64,000 bases of DNA from a virus. The position numbers and the translations under genes were made by a program. The stretch lies in IMG/VR virus record IMGVR_UViG_3300042305_002284, positions 1-64,000 of that record. One strand, written 5' to 3'. Shown here piece by piece: positions 1 to 5,720 of this stretch (positions within the stretch are counted from its first letter, which is position 1; every line of letters starts with the position of its first letter). A model generated the notes under the pieces. That model saw only the letters and a list, made by a program, of their open reading frames with translations, did not search any database and had not been told where the DNA came from.

Positions 1-9
1 AAGAATAAG

Positions 10-228
10 ATGAAATACAATAAAAATGATATTGTTCTACTACATTTTAGAACAATAAAAGGAACAGAAACAAGAGTAGCAATAATCCAAGAAAAAGAAT
101 ATTCCGGAATAGTATATGGACAACCTGTATATAACTATTTTGTTCTTATGTGTGGAAAACCACAACCTGTATGGGCAAGAGAAGAAGAAATAATAGAAAA
201 GTTATATTCAGTCAATAACAATCAATAA
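10..228 (+). CDS. small hypothetical protein, SH3/KOW-like beta-barrel family
   Basis: 72 aa ORF with pattern YNKNDIV...VAII...YFVLMCG shared with neighbouring small ORFs. Confidence 0.6.
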   Translation: MKYNKNDIVLLHFRTIKGTETRVAIIQEKEYSGIVYGQPVYNYFVLMCGKPQPVWAREEEIIEKLYSVNNNQ

Positions 229-248
229 ACAATCAATAAACAATCAAT
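219..248. repeat. 11-bp tandem repeat CAATCAATAAA (~2.7 copies)
   Basis: seen directly between the first two ORFs. Confidence 0.8.
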
Positions 249-482
249 ATGAAAAATAATCAATGGGATGTTATAGAAATAGATAACTTTCTTGGACCAT
301 CTGTAATAGGAATAATAACAGAAGTATTACAAGATATAGAAGCATATTATGTTATTGTATGTGGTTCACCAGAAAGAGGACATGATATGCTGATATATGA
401 ACACGAGATAGTAGATAACATAACAAAGAATATACAGTCAAATAATAATCAAATAACCAGTATAAATAAACAGTATAAATAA
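249..482 (+). CDS. small hypothetical protein, paralog-like to 10..228
   Basis: 77 aa ORF, WDVIEI...IGII...YYVIVCG; 3' end runs into an AT-rich tandem repeat. Confidence 0.55.
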   Translation: MKNNQWDVIEIDNFLGPSVIGIITEVLQDIEAYYVIVCGSPERGHDMLIYEHEIVDNITKNIQSNNNQITSINKQYK

Positions 483-503
483 CCAGTATAAATAAACAAT
501 ATA
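451..503. repeat. 13-bp tandem repeat AAATAA(C/A)CAGTAT (~4 copies)
   Basis: seen directly. Confidence 0.75.
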
Positions 504-836
504 TAATCAGTATATATACAATCAAAAAACAACCCGTGAAAACCAACTGGATCACCGGATAGATAAAAGGAATGTTTTGATTTATTTACAGTGTTTCTGT
601 GTTTGTAGGTGATTTTTTACTGAAAATGGGAGGTATATAGCCCCCCACTTTCCCCTGTAAAATCAAGCACTTACAGTAAGTAGTTAATGTAAAACACAAA
701 AGCCAAAAATAAATAAAAATAAATAAATATACTATAAAAACACCTGCACTGGCAGTATAACACAGATCGTTGTATATTGCAAGCGGCACTGTATATACCG
801 GTATATATAGAACAAACACAACATAGCAGTATAGCC

Positions 837-1167
837 GGTTTTTGAACCGAAAAGGCAATACACCCTATACTGTAACCAACAAGTTCATTGGGCACTTATA
901 GAGAAACTGCACTGGAATGGATAATGGCAGTTTATAGGGCAAAAATGCAGAACACCTAAACTGCATTCTTTAAACCCAGGGATTTTTGAACCAAAATACA
1001 AATATGCCAAAAATGGGGTCAAAAATGGCACCGGGTTTATCCAAAAAGTGATGATCCTCTATAAGGAAACAGTGAAGTGTATTGCGCAACGGCTGTGCGG
1101 AGATATAATACAGATATTTTTAGATGGATTTTTGATCTAAAAACAATGGGGATTTTTGATCTAAAAA
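837..1167. repeat. four copies of G(A/G)TTTTTGA(A/T)CNAAAA, iteron-like
   Basis: copies at 837-853, 981-996, 1127-1143 and 1151-1167; the last two are identical with a 24-bp period; region has no convincing ORF. Confidence 0.65.
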
Positions 1168-1192
1168 AAGAAATATATTTAGTTCAAAACTC

Positions 1193-1468
1193 TTAATCCA
1201 AAAATGCTATATGGTGTTTGTTGGTATCCCGCTCTAATGCACGCTGTTGCATATATGCTCTTATAACACTGTATATATACAGTGACACCAAAGCAACATA
1301 ACCAACAACCAATAACCATATCATATTGAGCACCCCGATACCCGGTAACACAGTATACCCGATATGCCGGCATATAACAGCGTATACTGTTGCCGGCAAA
1401 ACAAGTATAGCATTCAGTATATACAGAACAGTATGTAGCGGCCATAACACCACCGTATACCATTCCAT
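1193..1468 (-). CDS. putative small membrane protein
   Basis: 91 aa hydrophobic ORF, downstream of the minus-strand promoter at 1705-1734. Confidence 0.4.
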   Translation of the reverse strand: MEWYTVVLWPLHTVLYILNAILVLPATVYAVICRHIGYTVLPGIGVLNMIWLLVVGYVALVSLYIYSVIRAYMQQRALERDTNKHHIAFLD

Positions 1469-1704
1469 ATATAACGCCAGTATAACACACTATCACCGTG
1501 CTGTCAATGATGGTGGTTATATGGCTGTATATATATGGGCAACACCTGGTGATATATGCCATACACTATATGCCGGCAATCATGGGTCTGTTATATATAC
1601 AGTATATAAAGAATAGATAATGCCGATAATGTATACAGTATATACTGCCCGTGATGGCAGTATTTTTTTTATATATATCTCCAAAATAGTGCGCACGATC
1701 CCCC

Positions 1705-1734
1705 ATTATCGCATATCCGGGATCAGTCTGTCAA
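1705..1734 (-). promoter_or_regulatory. sigma70-type promoter
   Basis: TTGACA-18-GATAAT with TGn extension; GATC in the spacer. Confidence 0.55.
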
Positions 1735-1770
1735 GTGACTGGCATCACACCCTGCGCTGCATTTTTCCCT

Positions 1771-1812
1771 TGCAAGATCTGTGCCAACGGAGGGGCTGGC
1801 ATGGTTTATGCT
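1771..1812. promoter_or_regulatory. sigma54 dyad 1 (back-to-back -24/-12 boxes)
   Basis: minus TGGCACAGATCTTGCA (1771-1786), 10-bp spacer, plus TGGCATGGTTTATGCT (1797-1812); both GG-N10-GC. Confidence 0.85.
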
Positions 1813-1838
1813 ATATGCCGGAAGTGGTAGGGGAGATA

Positions 1839-1880
1839 TGCAATAAGTATGCCAATCTCCCGCCTGGCACGGTTTTTGCA
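1839..1880. promoter_or_regulatory. sigma54 dyad 2
   Basis: minus TGGCATACTTATTGCA, 10 bp, plus TGGCACGGTTTTTGCA. Confidence 0.88.
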
Positions 1881-1921
1881 AGACATTTATTTGTGATCTA
1901 AATCACACAACCCCACTTGAC

Positions 1922-1948
1922 AAAAGAAAAGCCACCCTTGCGGGTGGC
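1922..1948 (-). terminator. intrinsic terminator of 1975..2370
   Basis: GCCACCC-loop-GGGTGGC followed by a U-tract on the minus strand. Confidence 0.8.
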
Positions 1949-1974
1949 CATTCAGTATATTGTGAAAGCCCTGA

Positions 1975-2370
1975 TCAGGCGGTCACAACGATACGACCAT
2001 CGTGAAAGGTGACAGTAGCCGTTTCACCCTTTGCAAGACCGAGGAGAGAAACAGGAAGGCGGATAAACTCATCCATCTCGCCAACCTTCTGAACCTTATA
2101 AGCGCGGCTGTCACCGACCTTTGCAGCGGGACGCCCACGGGCACCCGGCTCGTCATCTCCGAAGATCTCGGCGCGGAGAGCCACGAGGGCCGACTGCGTT
2201 TCCGGCTGGCTTGCAAGCAGATCACAAGCACTGTCAAAGGTTGCAGCCGCAATCTCGCTTCCGGGGCTGTTGTGAAGGCGGGTCACAGCCGCGACACCCT
2301 CCGTCAATGCCAGAAAAGCGACAGTCTGAGCGGTGACGCGAACCTTGCGAGCGGGAGTAGCGTTGGTCAT
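1975..2370 (-). CDS. AT-hook + AbrB/MazE-like swapped-hairpin DNA-binding protein (paralog 1)
   Basis: start reassigned to ATG 2370 because the upstream ATG overlaps the -10 box; GARGRP then YKVQKVG...IRLPVSLLGLAKGETATVTFHDGRIVV. Confidence 0.75.
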   Translation of the reverse strand: MTNATPARKVRVTAQTVAFLALTEGVAAVTRLHNSPGSEIAAATFDSACDLLASQPETQSALVALRAEIFGDDEPGARGRPAAKVGDSRAYKVQKVGEMDEFIRLPVSLLGLAKGETATVTFHDGRIVVTA

Positions 2371-2434
2371 TGTCTCTGTCCTACAAGCGGCTTTGTCAAG
2401 TATCGGCGGTGCCGCGAACCCTTCCGATGAACCC

Positions 2435-2462
2435 ATTATAGCAGATCACATCGGCAGGTCAA
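2435..2462 (-). promoter_or_regulatory. sigma70 promoter
   Basis: TTGACC-16-TATAAT with TGn extension; CRP-type site centred near -71.5. Confidence 0.7.
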
Positions 2463-2518
2463 GCATAGCGTCTCCGCAGATCACCGATCACTATGATGGG
2501 GATCACATAGATCTGCCT

Positions 2519-2560
2519 TGCAAATAGTGTGCCAGCGGGAGCACTGGCATGGTTCTTGCA
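2519..2560. promoter_or_regulatory. sigma54 dyad 3
   Basis: minus TGGCACACTATTTGCA, 10 bp, plus TGGCATGGTTCTTGCA. Confidence 0.88.
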
Positions 2561-2587
2561 CGGTATATAATGATCGGCGATCTCATG

Positions 2588-2616
2588 TTGACAGAACAGA
2601 TCGGACAAGGTAGAAA
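2588..2616 (+). promoter_or_regulatory. sigma70 promoter, leaderless type
   Basis: TTGACA-17-TAGAAA, 6 nt, then ATG. Confidence 0.7.
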
Positions 2617-2622
2617 AAGAAT

Positions 2623-2793
2623 ATGCGATGCACTCATATGACCTGTTGGCAGTGTGAAGATGAAAAGGTTGCTAAACTGCAAAAGGAAAATGAAAGGCTG
2701 AAAACAATCATTCAAGGGCTGTTGGAAATCACACCGGATACACGACATGATGAGCCGATAGTGATTGACGCCATAGATGCACTAGATGATTGA
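2623..2793 (+). CDS. small hypothetical protein, 56 aa (below ORF-track cutoff)
   Basis: MRCTHMTCWQCEDEKVAKLQKENERLKTII...; Cys/His cluster then coiled coil; directly after a promoter. Confidence 0.65.
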   Translation: MRCTHMTCWQCEDEKVAKLQKENERLKTIIQGLLEITPDTRHDEPIVIDAIDALDD

Positions 2794-2808
2794 CGTCGGA
2801 AGCACACT

Positions 2809-2850
2809 TGCAAATAGTGTGCCAGCCGCGCCTCTGGCACAGATCTTGCA
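2809..2850. promoter_or_regulatory. sigma54 dyad 4
   Basis: minus TGGCACACTATTTGCA, 10 bp, plus TGGCACAGATCTTGCA. Confidence 0.88.
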
Positions 2851-2892
2851 TAGCAAAAACTTTGTGATGCCGGTCACACAGGGAAACTTGAC

Positions 2893-2920
2893 AAAACAAA
2901 ACCGGCCTCCGGGGCCGGTT
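2893..2920 (-). terminator. intrinsic terminator of 2944..3348
   Basis: AACCGGCC/GGCCGGTT stem with a minus-strand U-tract. Confidence 0.8.
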
Positions 2921-2943
2921 ATGCTATACACTGTATGTGTATA

Positions 2944-3348
2944 TCAGACAGTTACAACGATACGACCATCATGGAACGTGACAGTAGCCGTAGAACCCTT
3001 CGAAAGACCAAGCAGACTAACCGGGAGACGGATGAAAGGATCCATATCGTTCACTTGCTGAACCTTGTAGGAACGTGCATCGCCAACCTTTGCAGCGGGG
3101 CGACCACGCGCACCCGGTTCGTCATCGCCAAGCAGATCCGCACGGATGGCGGCAAGGGCAGACTGTGTTTCAGGCTGTGAAGCCAACAGATCAACCGCAC
3201 CGTCAAAGGTCGCTGCCGCGATCTCGTGTCCGGGCTTGTTGTGAAGCGAGGCGACGGCAGAAACACCCTCCGTCAGTGCCAGAAAGGCGACCTGCTGCGA
3301 CGTGATACGAACCTTGCGAACGGGAGCGGGAGCGTTGAGAGCCTTCAT
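2944..3348 (-). CDS. AT-hook + AbrB/MazE-like DNA-binding protein (paralog 2)
   Basis: colinear and highly similar to 1975..2370; RBS AGAGGT upstream. Confidence 0.8.
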   Translation of the reverse strand: MKALNAPAPVRKVRITSQQVAFLALTEGVSAVASLHNKPGHEIAAATFDGAVDLLASQPETQSALAAIRADLLGDDEPGARGRPAAKVGDARSYKVQQVNDMDPFIRLPVSLLGLSKGSTATVTFHDGRIVVTV

Positions 3349-3419
3349 GTGTTTACCTCTTGCAATGTCAGTCGGTTACAAGCGCCCCGTGGTGACTGAC
3401 AACCGCCCGGGACATGATC

Positions 3420-3448
3420 ACTATAGCCCGATCACACTCCCGTGTCAA
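3420..3448 (-). promoter_or_regulatory. sigma70 promoter
   Basis: TTGACA-17-TATAGT; CRP-type site 3478-3493 centred near -72. Confidence 0.8.
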
Positions 3449-3514
3449 CGGTTGCGGTGATAGCGATCGCCATGCAATGTGATCGGGCGCACAGGAAGAA
3501 AAGAAAATATCTCT

Positions 3515-3556
3515 TGCATAAAGTATGCCAGGGGGATGTTTGGCACGTTACTTGCA
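3515..3556. promoter_or_regulatory. sigma54 dyad 5
   Basis: minus TGGCATACTTTATGCA, 10 bp, plus TGGCACGTTACTTGCA. Confidence 0.88.
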
Positions 3557-3582
3557 AGGATATAACAATCTAACGACGGTGC

Positions 3583-3611
3583 TTGACAGAGATCAGATCG
3601 CCTGTTATAAC
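3583..3611 (+). promoter_or_regulatory. sigma70 promoter, leaderless type
   Basis: TTGACA-17-TATAAC, 6 nt, then ATG 3618. Confidence 0.8.
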
Positions 3612-3617
3612 AGTCCC

Positions 3618-3764
3618 ATGACGAACAAGACCGCACCTCGCAGCCTCTCCGACCTTGTCATCAACGACGACGCTTGGATCTGGCAGGATGACATGATCGT
3701 GTTTCAGGATGCCAGCGTCGACGCATACAAGGACGCATGGGCTGATGATATGAGCGACGATTGA
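3618..3764 (+). CDS. small acidic hypothetical protein, 48 aa
   Basis: MTNKTAPRSLSDLVINDDAWIWQDD...; bracketed by a promoter and a terminator. Confidence 0.65.
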   Translation: MTNKTAPRSLSDLVINDDAWIWQDDMIVFQDASVDAYKDAWADDMSDD

Positions 3765-3812
3765 TCGTTATAACATAGCCCGAAAGGGACAGCAATAGCG
3801 AACAATATATAT

Positions 3813-3840
3813 AAGCCCCGAACACAGGGGCTTCTTTTTT
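3813..3840 (+). terminator. intrinsic terminator
   Basis: AAGCCCC/GGGGCTT stem then T-tract. Confidence 0.8.
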
Positions 3841-3881
3841 GTCAATAGTGAATATGTGACAGGCATCACAAGAATGCCTAT

Positions 3882-3923
3882 TGCATAAACTATGCCAACC
3901 GGGCCGCTGGCACGGATATTGCA
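3882..3923. promoter_or_regulatory. sigma54 dyad 6
   Basis: minus TGGCATAGTTTATGCA, 10 bp, plus TGGCACGGATATTGCA. Confidence 0.88.
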
Positions 3924-3952
3924 ACCCATGCCAACCTGTTATGTGTTATGTG

Positions 3953-4270
3953 TCACAGATACTGTGCTTGACAAGCCGCACAAGCCGGCAAGTGCTGTCG
4001 CATCCGTCCCGCACTGATCTTGCGATTGCAGGGAAGCGTTACATGAACGCGATGCTTGCGACGCCCGGGAACCGGAGGGGTAATCAGTGAAATGCCGATA
4101 TTGACATTTCGAAAGTGATTGGCGCTAAACGTGTGCTCCTTATTCAGGCGCAGATTGAAGCTATTCTCATGAAGAAAAGCGTACCTGTGCCAGATCTGAA
4201 ACCCGACCATGAACCGGTCAATACGGACACGAAGGGAAGGGGTCTGTGAGGTGTTTTCGTTGTTTGTCAT
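3953..4270 (-). CDS. basic hypothetical protein
   Basis: start reassigned to ATG 4270 (MTNNENTSQ...), 6 nt after a -10 box. Confidence 0.6.
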   Translation of the reverse strand: MTNNENTSQTPSLRVRIDRFMVGFQIWHRYAFLHENSFNLRLNKEHTFSANHFRNVNIGISLITPPVPGRRKHRVHVTLPCNRKISAGRMRQHLPACAACQAQYL

Positions 4271-4276
4271 GGGATC

Positions 4277-4305
4277 ACTATATCCACAGATCACTAATGG
4301 CGCAA
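4277..4305 (-). promoter_or_regulatory. sigma70 promoter, leaderless, CRP class I geometry
   Basis: TTGCGC-17-TATAGT; TGTGA-N6-ACACA centred 61.5 bp from the ATG. Confidence 0.75.
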
Positions 4306-4358
4306 GCATGGATCACTTGCCGATGTGATCGGGAACACAAGAGAGAAAAAATATCTAT

Positions 4359-4400
4359 TGCATAAACCGTGCCAACCGGGCCGCTGGCATAGATATTGCA
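4359..4400. promoter_or_regulatory. sigma54 dyad 7
   Basis: minus TGGCACGGTTTATGCA, 10 bp (same spacer as dyad 6), plus TGGCATAGATATTGCA. Confidence 0.88.
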
Positions 4401-4441
4401 AGGGATTAATCTGTGACATACCTCACACTATAACACTTGAC

Positions 4442-4470
4442 AAAAGAAAACCCCGCCGATGATGGCGGGG
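4442..4470 (-). terminator. intrinsic terminator of 4489..4737
   Basis: CCCCGCC/GGCGGGG stem with a minus-strand U-tract. Confidence 0.8.
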
Positions 4471-4488
4471 CAGGAAAAGAATATATAT

Positions 4489-4737
4489 TCAGTCCCGGAC
4501 AGAACGCATATTGCGCACACACTGCACAGTGAGACGGCTCACATACACACGATAATCGGCATCGGCGTTGTGATCATTGTCACTGTCAATAGCAGCGCGG
4601 ATCTCCTGCCGCTCACTGTAACGAACGGAACGGCGGGTAGCAATCTTCACATGCCGCTTCCATGCACTACCGGGGCCAACACAGTTACGGCACAGACATT
4701 CACGAGCGATGTTTCCAGCGAGGTGTCGGGTGTTCAT
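4489..4737 (-). CDS. Arg-rich hypothetical protein with CxCxxC
   Basis: start reassigned to ATG 4737, 6 nt after a -10 box. Confidence 0.6.
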   Translation of the reverse strand: MNTRHLAGNIARECLCRNCVGPGSAWKRHVKIATRRSVRYSERQEIRAAIDSDNDHNADADYRVYVSRLTVQCVRNMRSVRD

Positions 4738-4743
4738 GGGTTC

Positions 4744-4772
4744 ACTATAATGGGAGATCACTAACAATGCAA
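4744..4772 (-). promoter_or_regulatory. sigma70 promoter, leaderless, CRP class I geometry
   Basis: TTGCAT-17-TATAGT; site 4791-4806 centred at -61.5. Confidence 0.75.
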
Positions 4773-4817
4773 GCACAGATCACTGATCACTATGACGGAG
4801 ATCACACACAGTGCTAT

Positions 4818-4859
4818 TGCATAAAGTGTGCCAGCGGAAGCCTTGGCATGATACTTGCA
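4818..4859. promoter_or_regulatory. sigma54 dyad 8
   Basis: minus TGGCACACTTTATGCA, 10 bp, plus TGGCATGATACTTGCA. Confidence 0.88.
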
Positions 4860-4905
4860 AGTGTATAACGCTGTGACCTGCATCACTGGCTGCATTGATC
4901 TGTGC

Positions 4906-4934
4906 TTGCATGATCTGATCGGGAGAGGTATAAA
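4906..4934 (+). promoter_or_regulatory. sigma70 promoter, leaderless, CRP class I geometry
   Basis: TTGCAT-17-TATAAA, 6 nt, ATG 4941; site 4872-4887 centred at -61.5. Confidence 0.75.
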
Positions 4935-4940
4935 AAAAGA

Positions 4941-5102
4941 ATGAACGAACAAGACAAGGTCATGAACGGCTTTTATAACCTTGCAATCATGCAAGCAATC
5001 CACAACCTTGGAAACGCTTATCTGTATGATGCGGTGGCGTTGGAAGACCTTAGAATGTTTGTCGATGCCCTTGAACAGTATGGCGAAGCGGGTGAAGCAT
5101 GA
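4941..5102 (+). CDS. small hypothetical protein, 53 aa (below ORF-track cutoff)
   Basis: MNEQDKVMNGFYNLAIMQAIH...; ATGA overlap with the next gene. Confidence 0.65.
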   Translation: MNEQDKVMNGFYNLAIMQAIHNLGNAYLYDAVALEDLRMFVDALEQYGEAGEA

Positions 5103-5317
5103 AAGATAATCTCCAGGATCTTGCAAAGATTGTTACACTGAGCGACGGAGAAACGTGGGACGTAGCTAGCAACACTGTAACTGTAAAGTTTCTAACATGG
5201 GAAGGTGAAGGAGCTTTGTTTGACGGTGGAAGGATTGACACAGTAGAACCAGAACACATTGTTACTGAAGTGTCACTAAAAGATCTTATCCGATGTTGGC
5301 TTGGCCGCGATACTTGA
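5099..5317 (+). CDS. hypothetical protein
   Basis: 72 aa, translationally coupled by ATGA overlap. Confidence 0.65.
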   Translation: MKDNLQDLAKIVTLSDGETWDVASNTVTVKFLTWEGEGALFDGGRIDTVEPEHIVTEVSLKDLIRCWLGRDT

Positions 5318-5346
5318 TCGCTGTATAACAAACACAAAGGAACATC

Positions 5347-5427
5347 ATGGAAACCTTTATCACTGCTGCTAACTTCTCTGTGTTACTTTCTTATATCGCT
5401 TGCATTGTAACCGCTTTCACTGTATAG
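5347..5427 (+). CDS. 26-aa hydrophobic peptide
   Basis: AAGGAA RBS; METFITAANFSVLLSYIACIVTAFTV. Confidence 0.4.
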   Translation: METFITAANFSVLLSYIACIVTAFTV

Positions 5428-5666
5428 TGTAGCCTATACTGACCCCTCCCTGTCGGAATGTATGTCCCTATGGGAGGGGGGTGGTGCCAGTGGGACCTTA
5501 GGTCCCCCGTGACACGCGGGAAAAATTTGTTAACTTCAGACTTTACGCACTGCGTTACAAACAGTAGCAATATAAAGCACACATTTTTCGAAAAATATAA
5601 AAAAGTTCTAAAAGTGTGGTGGGCAAAAAATTCCCCAAAAAATTTTGTCAGACTTTTGCTTTTTAT

Positions 5667-5709
5667 CTATTTATATAAGTCTCTATTTATATAAGTCTAT
5701 TGGTATAAG
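5667..5709 (+). promoter_or_regulatory. tandem CTATTTATATAAGT, putative phage late promoter
   Basis: two exact copies plus one degenerate copy upstream of ATG 5721; motif recurs before other genes. Confidence 0.55.
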
Positions 5710-5720
5710 AAGCAAAACAA

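Larger units (their letters stand above)
1734..4887. promoter_or_regulatory. dispersed set of 11 CRP/FNR-family type sites TGTGA-N6-TCACA
   Basis: perfect sites start at 1892, 2863, 3855, 4412; one-mismatch sites start at 1734, 2492, 3478, 3942, 4324, 4791, 4872. Confidence 0.8.

Noticed and set aside
1739-1756. Extra sigma54 box TGGCATCACACCCTGC
   Set aside because: GG-to-GC spacing is 11 rather than 10; it is better explained as the CRP-type site at 1734
1326-1901. ORFs 1326..1616 and 1620..1901
   Set aside because: Low-complexity TATA/CAGTA-rich sequence; the second crosses two dyads and a promoter
1771-4859. Dyads as CRISPR repeats
   Set aside because: Spacing is irregular (68-706 bp), intervening DNA contains genes, repeats are degenerate, and there is no cas operon
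1771-4859. Dyads as integron attC sites
   Set aside because: No RYYYAAC/GTTRRRY ends, no integrase in the window, and cassettes lie in both orientations with their own promoters; recombination between dyads is not excluded
2002-4868. Plus-strand ORFs 2002..2430, 2786..3061, 2935..3180, 4459..4764 and similar
   Set aside because: They are antisense shadows or cross regulatory repeats; promoters and terminators support the opposite frames
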